Shown here in pieces: positions 34,507 to 47,459 of a DNA stretch of 64,000 nt. Numbering within the stretch: the first letter of the stretch is position 1; each line of letters opens with the position of its first letter. A model generated the notes under the pieces. It saw only the letters and a program-made list of their open reading frames with translations, was not told the origin of the DNA and searched no databases. A program made the translations under genes and the position numbers. The stretch is taken from contig JAVECO010000026.1 in assembly GCA_051942205.1 (NCBI GenBank), forward strand, positions 1 through 64,000, given 5' to 3'. The DNA comes from Coniocarpon cinnabarinum. Taxonomy: Eukaryota.

Positions 34507-35550
34507 GGGCGACGCGCAGTGCGGCGGGGCTACAGACAGTCAATGGTCAGATGCTGTATGAAGTGGTTGGCGGCGGATCTGATGGAGGAGATAGGGGCGA
34601 GATAAATGAGAAGTGTGGGGAAGGACGTTGGAAAGTCAAAAGGGCGGAGAGCGTACGAGGGTTGCGAATTTGGTAACGTAAGTTGTTAGTCGGAGCGCCG
34701 AGTGGAGCCGCGGCTTGGTTGAGAGCTGAATGTGCGCGATGATGAAATGATGGTAATGCTGCGCAGCACCTGGCCGCAGACACTTGCGCTCGGAGGGTGT
34801 GGGACTGGGCGTTGCAGAGCATCAGTCAGTTGAGACAGCAAGGCGCAATCCATGTATGTAAGCAGCCCGTCATTTCGAAGGGAGCGAGCGCACCGAGGGA
34901 AGCAATGGCCAGGGAAAAGAGCAACAGTAGTGACGAAATCGGTGGACGCACATTTCACGATCTCGGCACAAGGCCTTCCAGACTCCCGTTCACGGCGGCG
35001 GCCGGTCACGTGTCTCGCGTTCAATGGGCGGTGCGCTCCTCTCGAGATTCGCTCGTGTTCGGGTTCCGGTCGACGGTCGACTTGGGGCACCTGCCCGGCC
35101 CGAAGGATCTCCGCGTACAACCGTGTCACGTGTGTGTAGGCATACCTGACTGCCGTAACTAGGTACCTGACCTGACTGTCCTCGCAGGTGAAGGGCACCA
35201 CTTGCTCGCTATATATCAAGCAGTAGTAAATAATCGTCCCACACGCTCACGCAAGACATGATCATCGTCACCACCCCTCAGCACCATCTTTCCACCCCGT
35301 AAGCGGAAGTTATTCCATCCACCGAACACTCGCCATGAACATGACTCTGAGCCCTCGTTCTCTTCGCGGTGCACAGCAGGTCATTCTCCGCTGAGAGATG
35401 CTTGCCACCCAAGACACATCTTATCAAGGCCCCTCGCAGGTCGTCGCCATGCTCTGACCAAGAGCAATTAAATATTAGAGTTTAGCTTGTAGTGGTATCA
35501 CGAAAACGACAAAATCCCAACCCAGCGGCCGCACTTCCCCATCTCTTCAT

Positions 35551-35567
35551 ACACACACACACACACA

Positions 35568-35636
<69 letters not shown>
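35551..35636. repeat. (AC)n microsatellite, about 43 units with one interruption
   Basis: Directly visible. Lies about 90 bp downstream of the stop codon of the minus-strand gene ending at 35723. Confidence 0.99.
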
Positions 35637-35637
<1 letters not shown>

Positions 35638-35722
35638 GCTCTTTCCCCACTCCTCCAGTGCCGCATCGCCCTCAAATATCTGCCTCTTCCAATGCTCGCT
35701 TCTCCCCCGGACAGAACAATCT

Positions 35723-38700
35723 CTAATCATTCATACCAAACGCACGTCGCAAGCCTTGGAACTTCTTCGGCTTGCCCGTTTTCCGGCTCGTGATCGGTGT
35801 CTTCGTCAGCTTGCCCTTGCGCTGACTGCCGCTCTGTCGCTCCAGACCCGGATCAGTCATGGTGCTCACGCGTGCTTCACCCAAGGGTGGTCTCGATGGA
35901 CCTTGCGCTGTCTCTTGTGATGGGCCTGTTTGCACGGCTCCCAGCCCATCACTCGTGCTGGGTCTCGGCGGCTGCTCGCCACTCCCCAGCTCTCTGAACT
36001 TCTCGGGGATGGGCGGTGGTGGAAATGGGTAGTCTTCTTTCCCAGCCCTGCCACCAGTAGGTGTCGTAGGTGCAGAGGAGTCGCGGCTGCCAATACTAAA
36101 CCTGCGCAGCCCGAGCACACTGTTCCGCTTTTCTCTATCCCCTGGTGTCTCCCGCAGTGTCTTTGCTAATCCTCTCGATGGTGTCTGCGGCCGTGAGCTG
36201 GGCGAGCTGGGCGAGCTGGGAGTATTGGCCCATTTCGATTCCGTGAGTGCTGCCTGCGACTCGCTCGACTTGGACTTCCTGCCAAACGACAAGAAGCTCT
36301 GTCGCTTATCTTTGCTCTGCCCCACAACCTCATCCCGAAGTGTTCCGGCAGCAAGCGCCTTACCCTCAGCGGTGTCACCATTCACTTGGCGCGACTGCGG
36401 GCTGGAAGATTGTAATTCCTTGACTTCTTTAATCGGGTCCGGTGCATGTTTGGATGATTCAATGCCTGCGGGGTTCGGATTCTTGCCGAAACTCAGCACT
36501 GCCGATGTCGGTGGAGTGCCTGGTCTGTCCTTTGAGGATCTCGGGAGTGCGGGTTCATGCTTCTTCTTCGAGGGTTCCTCGTCACTATCTTCGAGTTCCG
36601 TAGATTCCCTCATCCCTTGATCTTGCGTCGTTGGGATGCCACGAACTGGAGCTAGGGTAATCTTCATAGGTCGAGCAGGAGCGTCATCGTCCGAATCGTC
36701 CGAATCAGCGAAGCGGCTACGAAAACCAAGCCGGCCACTTGTGCCACCATCAGAATCTTCGTCGCTCGAATCTGCAAATCGACTTGCAAAGCGTCGTCCG
36801 CTTGTGCTGCCACGGGCCTTCTTTGGTTTGGATGGCTTTGCCTTCGACTTGCCCAATCCAAGAAGCCCTCCAGCTTTTGCTTCCGGGATGGAGTCCATGG
36901 ACTGACGCATGGAGCTTCGTGTTGTTGTGCGCATAGATGAAGAATCTGTGGGCGACGCTATGCGTGCTGATGCCTGCAGCTGACCATCTCGCATAGATCG
37001 AGCCATGCTATAATGAGGTTTTTGATCTCTCTGAGTTGCTCGTCCTCGCTGGCCATCTTCTTGGGCGTCCGCTCTTGCAGCTTTCCGCTCGGCTTGCTTA
37101 GCAGCCATAGCTTTAGCAGTAGCCTGAGCCAGGACAATGGCATCAGCTGAAGCCTGAGGCTCTTGCACCCGTCGGGACTGTCTTTGTTGGTTTCCTTGAG
37201 ACGGTGAGCGCTCTGGAGCGTCTCTCATTGAGCTCATCATTGATCCAGAGGGTCGCATCGATGAGCGGAAGTGCGTTGGTCTCGATTCCTGTCCGGGATG
37301 CGCTTTAGGATGACTAGGTGACGATGTACTCGATTTCTTCAACGTATTTGCAGCAGGTCGCGGCGAGCTACGCAAGCTTGTGTTCTGCTGCGACATGGCA
37401 TTACTCGTCGTCGTTTTGGATGGAGGCTGGATCAGACTTTTGGATGAATGACTGACCTCCAGAGCTTGCTTCTGTTGTTCACTCAAGCTACTCCAGTAGG
37501 CGCGTGCCTGATTCCAATCCTCCGTTGGAGGCGTCGTCACAGATGATGAAGCAGCTTCGTCAGTGCGAATGCCATTTGCGATCTGGATTGTCTCTTGCTC
37601 CTGTTCTGGTTTTTCGTCACTTGGGAATCGGCCGAGTAGGGTACTTAGGCCTCTTTCCCCTTCCTGTGCTTCAGTTGCAGGGCTCTCCATGATTGCATCA
37701 AGTGAAGCGTAGCCAGCATCGCCAGGGTCTTCGAGCTCAGATTGGTCTTGAACGGTGTCGCTGAAGCGATCGTCATCGCTTTCGTCTGAGTCGGAGTCTT
37801 CACTTCTAGTTGCTTCGGGCACGACAGGTTTCACTTCGATCTCTGGAGCAGACACAACCTTTTCATCAGTGATGGTCTTCGGTTGAGATGCACCGGCAGA
37901 CGAAGCGTTCTCTGCAGAAAGAGCCCCTTCGAGGTCGTGTGCCTGATTTGCTGCTGCTTCAGGTGTAAGCCTCTTACCTTCTTCAAGATTTGGTGTTGCT
38001 GGCTGAATAGCGATCTCGGGCGCGGCAACTACCGAATCTGCATTTTTGGGCGCTTCTTGGGTAGCCATGCTATCTTCATCATCTGACATGTCATCCCTCA
38101 AAGACGCTGCATTGTCTCTGATTGAACGGACCGGTCTCAGATGCTCCTCCTTATCAGTACGGACACCAGCTGTTTCTTCGCTCACTAGATTCTTTCGGCC
38201 CCGCACGCTCCCAAAGGATGGCAACATTGGCCTCGGGCCCATGCTAAAGTCATGCTCTTCGCCACCATGCTTTCTCTCGTCTTGCGGACTGAGGACGGTG
38301 TTGATGGGACTATTGGTCGTATCTGCAGCTTGTCCCACCATCATCGGTCGTTCCTCAAAACTTACGCGCACGCTCTTTTTCTTCTTACCACTGCCGGGCA
38401 CGCTACTTTCATCAGACAGGACGGAGCCTGTATCTGAAAAAGCAGTCACATCTCTTGCTTGGGCTGGAGATATGTTTCTTGGCGAGGCACCTTTAAGTGC
38501 CGATTTGACGGGCGATATTGATCGTGGGGGAGGCGCATGCTTGGTTACAGGAAGAAGTGGCGACGCAGAGAAATGAGCGGACCGAGCCGGACTCTCAGAC
38601 GGTGCACGGCCTCGTCCATCGACGAGCTTCGATTGCGGAGCAGATACAGGAGTGCTCACTGACCGGCCGTGCTGCTTGCTCACATCTGCGGCCGAAAGGT

Positions 38701-39980
38701 TATTAGTGGTTGCAGCTTTGGGTAGAGGTTTCGAGGGCACAGTATAGTTGTCTGTCAGTGGTCTGGCCAGAAGTGAAGCAGCTCGCGTCTGAAATGCCTT
38801 GATTTGGTCATTGGATGGAGGTGGAATCATATCAGTGTCCAAGGCGGAAGGGGGCGCAGGTTGTTTTGCTCGTGCTGGTGCCGCTTGCGTCTCTGTTTGC
38901 GATTGGCGATTAGGACCAGAGGATTGACGATACCCGGTGGCAGGCGGTGCCGCAGCTACCGGCATAGAAAGTGGTCTGGCACCTGATCCGGCAGAGGGAC
39001 CAGCTTGTCGTTGTCTCGCCAAGACTTGACTGGCTATCGAAGGCTCTGTTGCTACTCGAAGTCCGGCGCTGGACTGCGGACGGGCGCCTTTTGCCATAGC
39101 ACCTTCTCGTGCCAATCGTTGAGCGTCGTTCCTCTTCTGTTCTCTCTCGATCCATTCCATTTCCTGCAACCTCGTGGCTTCCCGCCTTTCCTCCAGTCTG
39201 CGGTATTGCTCAGGCGTCAATCCGAGTGATGCTGCTGGTTGAGGACTTTGCATCGTGCCTCGAGCGATAGGAGGGGGCGAGCCCATTTGTGGAGACATGG
39301 GTCTTGAGAAATTGATATTTCGAGGTGATGTAGGAGAGGCGGTGTCCCGTGGAACCGAAGTAGTGGTTGATGACTGAGGTGCCTGAACTTTTGGTGATGC
39401 CCAGCGACTGCTCTCAATGCTTTGTGCGGATTTATGGTTCGACGACGGCGATGCCGTGCTTCGAGACGCATCTTCCCTTCTCTTGCTTGACTTTGCCGGA
39501 ACAACGGGAGCATTGTTCGGGAGAGGCGGAACGTTAGAAGGCAAAGCAGGAACAGGTGGAGTCGCATTGCGGCCTGGGGAAGGAGATCGAAAGGAGCGTT
39601 GAGACATAGAGCCGCTACTTCCACGGCGTTGATGGTCACTGCTGAAAGGTTGTCGCTGGTTGCTGGTGTTGCTGCCCAAGGAAGATGTAGAGCCGCGACG
39701 GATCATGCGCTTAGTCTGTACGTCTCCCACAGGGGTCGGCGTGTATGATCGCAACGCTGCGGCTGCAGCTGCATTGGAAAGTTGTCCTTCATCGTCTTTC
39801 TTCGCCAGAAATGCCTGAGCTGCAGCTGTTGTCGCAGAAGCAGTGGTACTTTGCGGAATAGGGCGTTGCTGATACAACACGTAGGTGGTTAGCCAACTTG
39901 AGCTCAGGCGCACGTCCCAATAGGCCTGCTCAACTTACCGAAGCTGAAGACGAGCGCTTCTTTCGAAGTAGAGAAGTCAT
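35723..39980 (-). CDS. Large (~1400 aa) Ser/Pro-rich, probably disordered hypothetical protein (1 intron)
   Basis: Exon 1 MTSLLRKKRSSSAS, then a GTAAGT...GCTAAC...CAG intron joining the long ORF in frame. Conserved-looking motifs LSNAAAAAALRS...VQTKRM, KHAPPPRSISPVKSALK, KKSVRVSF and KKFQGLRRAFG. Confidence 0.88.
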
Positions 39981-41085
39981 TGCTGTGAGCAAAAGAAACC
40001 CGACAGCTCAGGAGGTGCCCACCGCCACAGGACGTAAGAGGCTGCAGCTACCTTGAGTCAAGGAAGAAATCTCGTGCAGTGATGTGGACGATATAAAAGC
40101 TGGATAAGGAACGGCGAAATACTATCGAGTACGCATCTTGATTGCAGGGGTCTGTCTGGCGCTGAAGAGACCAGTCCACGAACAAGAGTCGATGCTCCGA
40201 CCGAGCATAGAGACCGAGCACCAAGATCTCAAGGAGGAGGACGGTAAAGTTGATGGAAGTCAAGGAGCGAAGACGCGACCAACGACACGTAGTTGGCAGC
40301 AGAGGTAAATGATGGACCCTGGGAATACCAGACCAAATTATGAGGACGCCGAGCAGCCAAAACGGCAGCCCCGGATCGCGACCTTTGAGACCGCGGTGCC
40401 AGGATTGCTCCCGTCACCCGTTTAGTGCGTGCCAGCAACCTTAATGTGACGCCAATCTTCGTCACGTGCCTCATCACGCCTGTGACCACGACTGTAAGCT
40501 CTCCTGGTATTGCGCCGGGTCTGTAGTGTCATCGTACATACTGCGAAGCGCGAACGTCCAAGTGTCGGTGCCACATGGTCAGCTCACAAGGCCATCGTCT
40601 GTCCTGAACATGTTGCACACAAGCTCAGCTCTGCTTGTGAACGCTTCGGCTGTTCTACTACGGGCATCTTGGTATTGAAGTCCAATAGACATTCAAATAT
40701 CGAAACAGCCTGATCTACAAATCATGGCATCTTCAGGGCGCTTACAATGTGGTTCGAACTACTTCTACTCCGTGCAAAGATCGCTACACACGCTTTTCGA
40801 TCTCCAGCAGCCAGGTACCTGTAAACCACTCCATTACACATTCCTTGCTATCTAGTGCGAATTCACTACTTAGTCATCGTGTACCAGCTCTCCGCAAGAA
40901 CAGGAGAAGAAAGTTGCAGCCTTGGAATTGAGCTAGATGTCTCTATCGGAACGCGAGTCTTCCCCACATCTTTGCAGGTCCCTCGGCTGATCCCAATGGA
41001 GCTAGCTGCGTCATAGGTATAGCATTTGATTCTTCCCTCTCGACCTCAAGGTCATGTCGTTATCTCCTCAACTGCCATACCAGCC

Positions 41086-41745
41086 ATGTCTGAAGTGAAG
41101 TCTTTCCGTGCCATGCTGGGCGCGCCGCCTGTCGACGCTGATCCCAAAAGCTCGATTCTGATTATCATCGACGCGCAAAACGAATACGCCAGCGGCCTCC
41201 TTAAGACGTATGATGTTTCATCAACCCGTGCGAACATCTCCAAACTGCTGCAGACATATCGCACTCAGGCCCCAAAACATATCGTTCACATTACTCATCA
41301 GACGCCCGCCGGAGCTCCGGTTTTCACGCCTGACACAGCGCTCGCGCAGCCATTCGACGAAGTTACTCCCAAGCCAGATGAGAAGCACATTTGGAAGCAG
41401 CAGCCCGGCGCCTTTACAGGAACTGACCTCGATGCACATCTCAAAAGCCTAGGTGATGCGGCCAAGACCGTGGTTCTGTGCGGTTACATGGCTCACGTAA
41501 GACTTTCCAGAGACATTATACCCAACAGGAGGACCCCATTTTGCTAACAAGCCCCGCAGGTCTGTGTCAGCACAACCGCGCGTCAGGCAGCAGAGCGGGG
41601 CCTCCAAGTCGTTGTCGCGAGAGAAGCTGTGGGAGACAGAGACATTCCAGGCGCTCAAGCCTCAGCTGTTGTGGAGAATGCGTTGAGAGAGCTGTCAGAT
41701 GCTTTCGCGGAGGTCCAAAGCGTCCAGCAGATTGCTGCGCATTAG
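41086..41745 (+). CDS. Isochorismatase-like cysteine hydrolase (1 intron)
   Basis: IIIDAQNEY, K..PGAFTGTDL and GYMAH|VCVSTTAR give the Asp-Lys-Cys catalytic set. Confidence 0.92.
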
Positions 41746-41937
41746 GTTTTCAGCTCGCGTGTTTGACAGAAAGTGCTCCTCGTCGAGGTTCCCTGGCGGT
41801 GTCGTCGTGGTCCGTCATCCAGCCAGCAGAACCAGTCGAAAAATGTGGAATATGGCCTGCGTATGCTTGCTCAGACGAAGTCTTACCTTGGACGCGCACT
41901 AAGGCCATCAAGTATTCCAGAGATTCGGTGATGCTGT

Positions 41938-43516
41938 TCACTTGCCCCCACCATACTCTCTCTCAAAACTGCGCCCGACGACGAGTCTACGCACCTCGCT
42001 CGTGCCTGCACCAATCTCGTAGAGTTTAGCATCTCGCACGAGCCTTCCTACAGGCACCTCGTTGACGTAGCCCATGCCTCCAAGCAGTTGTACTGCATCC
42101 AGAGCGACTTTCGTCGCGTTCTCCGCCGCGAGCAGAATGGCGCCCGTGCAGTCCCGGCTGGAAATTCCTGCACCCTCGCCACTAGATAATTCTGCATGAC
42201 CACTGTCGATCGCTGCCGCAACGCTCATTGTCCATGCTCGAGATGACTGCAACGCGACATACATGTCCGCTAATTTCCCTTGCACAAGCTGCATCTTGCT
42301 GAGGGGCTGTCCAAACTGTTGACGTGTATGAACATACGGCAAGGCTTCGTCCAAGGCCCGCTGCATGATGCCGATAGGTCCCGCGGACAATACAAGCCTC
42401 TCGAGATCAAGCCCCTCCATAAGCACCCGGACGCCGCCATTGACGGGTCCAAGCATATTCTCCTTCGGGACGAAGACGTTTTCAAAATTCAGCTCACCTG
42501 TGTTGCTCCCTCGCATGCCCAACTTATCCAATTTGCGGGTTACCATGAAACCTTCAGATTTGGTACTGACGATAAATGCGGAGATGCCCCGGCTAGCTGG
42601 CTGGGCTTTGGGATCGGTCTTTGCATATACCACAACAATATCAGCGTCAGGGCCATTGGTAATCCACATTTTGCCCCCGTTCAGCTCGTAGCCTTCTTGT
42701 CCATTCCTGGTGGTCGGCGTCGCTGTCGTTCGCATCGACACGACGTCGCTGCCTGCGCCGTGCTCACTCATAGCCAGAGCACCTATTTGCTTTCCTGCGA
42801 TAAGGCTCGGCAGAAATTTTGTCTTTTGATCTTCAGATCCGTTCAAACTCAGCTGATTGACACACAATTGCGAATGAGCAGCGTAAGAGAGGGCAATAGA
42901 CCCTGAAGCCCGAGAGAGCTCGTCCATAATAAAGCAATGAGCCTGGTATCCTAGGCCCAGCCCGCCAAAACGTTCGTCTGCTGTCGGACCAAGCAGACCT
43001 GCCGAGCCCAGCTTGGGCCACATGGTCATCGGGAATGCATTCGACTTGTCCGTCTCGTCTGCAACTGTCTCAGGGATCTCGCGTCCTTTTTGGTGTCAGC
43101 AACTGCATAGGCAAAGACTTGTGTAAACATATGTCTGGATGATTTCCTCGGCTTGCGTTTCAGCCTGTGTTGAGCGACCGTGCCACCTGCGGCCTTTTGG
43201 ATCCCCCTCTATGGACGTCTTTGTGCTGTGTTGTCTGATGTGCCCTTCTCAAGTGGCAGAGGAATGAATAGCTCAACAAGATCATATGCTTACGGGTGAA
43301 CTCCCTAACACTTTCCCGTAGCTCATCAAGATCTTCTCTGCTCGGCGGTTTGAATCCATTTGGATGTTTCGAAGCGATACTGCGGTGTTGTTGCTCCCTT
43401 CTGTTCGGTAGTTGCCCATTTGATCTTACGATGCGCTGAAAACGCGGTCCTTCCATACGATACGGTCTTGTGACAACAAACGCATTCCTGAGCAACGACG
43501 ACAACATGTATGACAT
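41938..43516 (-). CDS. ivdA: Isovaleryl-CoA dehydrogenase, mitochondrial (1 long intron)
   Basis: Arg-rich presequence and [64 protein letters not shown]. The start may instead be at 43507. Confidence 0.95.
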
Positions 43517-43903
43517 GCCGAAAAGAACATAGATTCCAGGATGGAGATTTTTGTAAAATTGCAATGCAAACGATCCCTAGGTTGGATCAGAGAAGGCACC
43601 TATTGCAAGCCGTCCCCGTCGTACTTTGGGAAAGCAAGCACTGCGGGGACAAATCGGTACAGATGAAAACCAATTTGCCAACCTGCCGAGCGCAGCAGGC
43701 GGCCACAGCGTGACATGACCGCGCGCACAAGTCGCCTACGTAAACTGGAACATTTAAAGAACAGAGATCAAGATTGCAGTGGAAGAAGCTGCCAGAATTG
43801 ATTTCAGGCTGCTGTTGAATTCGCTAGAAGTGCTCAACATAAGAAAAACAAGTCTATCTGCAGATCATGCAATGCACCCCCTCATCCGCTTCGAGACCGG
43901 CGT

Positions 43904-45640
43904 TCATGCGACCACATTGCTCACATGCGCATTGCCGACATCGACGAAATGGGTGCCTTTGGCGGGGCCACCATTGTTTTTGGTGGCGCTGATCTGAGCA
44001 CCCTTGAGGCCGTTGGCAGCACGAAGCTCTGAACTCTTCGCCATGCCGTTGTGGGTACCATTGAAGCGGAGCTCGGCGATTCCTGGATATCCCTTCACAC
44101 CAGTGGCCTTCTCGAGACGGCTGGCCAAGTCATTCGAAACTTCGCGGAAGATGGCGATCTGACGCTTGATGATCTCTTCCTTCTTGCAGTTGGCCATGTG
44201 ACCAGAAATGTTGCCGATGAAACGCTCACGTGCACCCTCGTCCCACACACGCTCCCAAAGGGCGCGCGGAGCATTGAAGTCCTCTGGGCGAATCTCGGAC
44301 AGGAATGTCACAGCGTTGCCAATGAAGTGACCGTGAACCGAGTCCAGGTTCACTGATCGTTGGCGGAAAGATATAGGCTCAATCGAGCTCAGGTAATTAG
44401 GGCGGCTTCCTTGGTTGTAGAATGCCATGTTGCCGTCGCGCTGGAAGTTCGCAACTCGGTAAGGCGTGCGAGAAGAATTGACAGGGAGCTGCTGATAGTT
44501 GACGCCAACACGGTGACGATGAGTGTCTGGGTATGAGAAAAGGCGGGATTGGAAGACTGGGTCAGCGGATGGCTCAATGCCTGGCGGCATGTGAGATGGG
44601 TTGAAGGCAACCTGCTCGATCTCCGCAAAATAATTCTTCGGGTTCTCGTTCAAAACGAACTCGCCAATCTTGCGAAGGGGGAACTGGCCTTGTGGCCAGA
44701 CGTGAGTCAAGTCAAACACGTTCACGCCTTGCTTCTCCCACACCTCCTCTGCCTGCTGCGGCGTCATCGTCTGCACGGAGATGTCCCACTTGGGGTAGTC
44801 ACCACGCTCGATCGCCTCCCAGAGGTCCTTCTGAGAATAGTCTGGGCTTTTGGAGTGAGAGTCAGCCTGGGTGATGAACTTGGTCCCCTGTTGAGACTTC
44901 ATGTGAAGCTGTGCGTAGACCCAATCGCCGTTCTTGTTCACCATCTTGACGGCATGGCCCAGGTAGCCGTGCATGAAACGGTAGCCATCTGGAATACCAC
45001 GGTCACCCATGAGAATCATGACCTGGTGAACTGACTCTGGGTTCTGCGACAAGTAATCCCAGAACATGGTGGAGTCGTCAGCATGTGTGAGATGGGTGGC
45101 TGGGTGACGCTTTTGCGTGTGGATGAAGTGAGGGAATTTGGCGGGGTCACGGAGGAAGAACACGGGTGTGTTGTTGGCCACAATGTCCCAGTTGCCCTCA
45201 TCAGTCCTCAGCTTGACCGAAAAGCCACGAGGGTCACGAGCGCAGTCGTGGGAACCACTCTCGCCACCGACAGTGGAGAATCGCACCGACACAGGACATT
45301 CTTTGCCGGCCTGGAAGATGTCACAGATGGTCAAGTCGTCGGCGGCATTGGTAGTCTTGTAGTACCCATGAGCACCGCTGCCCTTGGCATGAACCACACG
45401 CTCAGGAATGCGCTCACGATCGAAGTGAGATAGCAAGTCGATCAGGTGAAAGTCCTGTAAGAGGAGCGGGCCGTTCTCGCCCACGCGTTGAGTTTCGTAA
45501 GGGTGTGGGATAGGGACACCATTGCTGGTGGTGTAGAGGGTGTCCTGGGACGTGGCCGAACGGTCGTCGACGTAGTCGCGGTAAAGGTCACCGTTCTGAC
45601 GGCCGTCCGGGGCGTGGGAGGTTGTGGCAGACGGAGCCAT
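43904..45640 (-). CDS. Small-subunit monofunctional haem catalase (intronless, no PTS1)
   Basis: FDRERIPERVVHAKGSGAHG active-site signature, VRFSTV, and the proximal ligand motif RLFSYPDTH. Confidence 0.97.
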   Translation of the reverse strand: MAPSATTSHAPDGRQNGDLYRDYVDDRSATSQDTLYTTSNGVPIPHPYETQRVGENGPLLLQDFHLIDLLSHFDRERIPERVVHAKGSGAHGYYKTTNAADDLTICDIFQAGKECPVSVRFSTVGGESGSHDCARDPRGFSVKLRTDEGNWDIVANNTPVFFLRDPAKFPHFIHTQKRHPATHLTHADDSTMFWDYLSQNPESVHQVMILMGDRGIPDGYRFMHGYLGHAVKMVNKNGDWVYAQLHMKSQQGTKFITQADSHSKSPDYSQKDLWEAIERGDYPKWDISVQTMTPQQAEEVWEKQGVNVFDLTHVWPQGQFPLRKIGEFVLNENPKNYFAEIEQVAFNPSHMPPGIEPSADPVFQSRLFSYPDTHRHRVGVNYQQLPVNSSRTPYRVANFQRDGNMAFYNQGSRPNYLSSIEPISFRQRSVNLDSVHGHFIGNAVTFLSEIRPEDFNAPRALWERVWDEGARERFIGNISGHMANCKKEEIIKRQIAIFREVSNDLASRLEKATGVKGYPGIAELRFNGTHNGMAKSSELRAANGLKGAQISATKNNGGPAKGTHFVDVGNAHVSNVVA

Positions 45641-47459
45641 TTTCAGCGAAGAAGTGACTCGAACTACTGTGTGGTGGTCTAAAATGCTGACGATGATGGA
45701 ATCGACGACGTTCAACAGGTGTACTGAGTGTCACACTGGTGGGAGATAGAGTGGGAAGAGGATAGAGCAGGGCGAGCAAGAGAAAGATTATAAAGAAGGT
45801 GCGTGGCGATGGGAGGTGGGGTTGGAAGCACGGGCCCTCGTCTTTTCCTTGGACGTCATGGAAGTGCCGAGTTGTGCCCGAGGCGGCAGTCGGCGATGCA
45901 GGCTGCATAATGCGTGGAGGCCCATTGGCTGGCAGTCCCGTGCTAGTGCCCTAGGAGCAGGTCCGGACGCGTTTTGCATTCTAGAACTCTCGCCTGCCAC
46001 GCCCACGACGGAAATCTTCAAACTCTTGCAATCTCCCCGTCTCTCTCGCTCCGCCGATCGATCTGCATGCCGCATGGTAGCGTCACTAGCATCCCGTCCG
46101 TATCTCGTCGCCGTGTTCTGCCATCCAAGTAAATCGTGTGGCGATCAAACTTTGTTCGCATGCTCTTCCACGCCCACTCTTACGCGCATCTCGGACGCAA
46201 CGCGAACACGACGCAGTCCAGCTGCTTCTAATGGCCATGCGGCAAAGCCCCGGCAAGTCCTTGTGGTCCCGATCCCCGTGAGACTTGCCACATAGTTTTA
46301 CACCTCTTCTCTCTAATCCTCGGTGCTGGAGAAGCTGTCTTGATTGGCAGCGTTCCTGCATTGGGACCCTTCTCTGTCATGCCAAACATAGACTTGGTGA
46401 ATGCATTCTCGAGATACATGTCCCACCACCTCTCGCTTGTAGTGTATCGCACCTCGATTGAGGATTGAATGTCTGTCATTCATCCTCTCTGTGATGGTCT
46501 TCGCCCATCAGATATCTCGCAGCCAAATTAAACTTTGATTCACTTTGCTCCAGTTGCAAGAATTCCTCAGTCCGGAACAGTCAGCAAGTTCCTAGCTCAC
46601 AGATTTTCGGACATTGCAGAAAATAGGCTCAAATAGCGAAAGCAAAGTCACGCCTCTGGTGATATTTTTTGGCGGGCGAGAGAGGTAAATTTGGTAATAG
46701 ATGAGTCTGATCTGGGTGGGCGTCCATCAAATGCTTAGGAAAGAGGAGATTTTTGCAATCATGATGTATCAAAGTACAGAATACTCAGCGGGACTGGGTC
46801 CGTTTCCAAGGTGATTTTTGGGCTGACTTTCGTTGCGGGCTGGGATAGACTTACACGCTTTTAGAATTGCGGCGCCGACATAATCTTTGGGTGCAAGGAA
46901 AGCAGCGGCCCCCGGGCATTTTTGGAAACGAGCCGCAAGAAACGAGATATTTTGAGAAGCAATGAGACCCATTGCCCAGAACCATAAATAGCTATAAGGC
47001 TCCTCTCGTAGGACACCGGCCGGCGCACTTCGACGCAGATAGGGATAATCACCTTTCTTTCGTTAAAATTCCCTGGAAGACTACACAATGAAGAAACAAA
47101 TGGTAGTGCATGAGGTAACAGCTGCTGCTTTGTTTTGTATGATTCTGCCCAAGGGCATCTGAAAGTACAAAGGGAATGTCATTTACCCTGACCATGTGCC
47201 AGTTGCTCACGCGCACATCAAATCTAACCCGCAACTTCGAACGATGCCCTCTCCTACGACCTCGCATTGACAAGAGGCGCCACGCCGCTCTCTCAATTGC
47301 CGGATTCTTTAGCGCATTGTACCCCTGCGTTGGTATGCACAGTCCCTGCGCTTTAGCATGGGCGAATACTTCGGCATGACTCCGTAGTTCCTAGAAGTGA
47401 CTCGCGGGCTGCACGAGCTAATGTCTTCCCCGCCACCGTCGCAGGCCGATAGCTTAACA

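Noticed and set aside
35482..35920. ORFs with (VC)n or (HT)n repeats
   Set aside because: They are translations of the AC microsatellite.
43860..43906. Stop-codon readthrough adding a PTS1 to catalase
   Set aside because: The context is TGA-ACG rather than TGA-CTA, and the extension would end in CIA, not a PTS1.
44051..45682. Long antisense ORFs over catalase (likewise over the desaturase, ivdA, and 56722-57441)
   Set aside because: Shadow ORFs expected from GC3-biased codon usage on the coding strand. No recognisable motifs.
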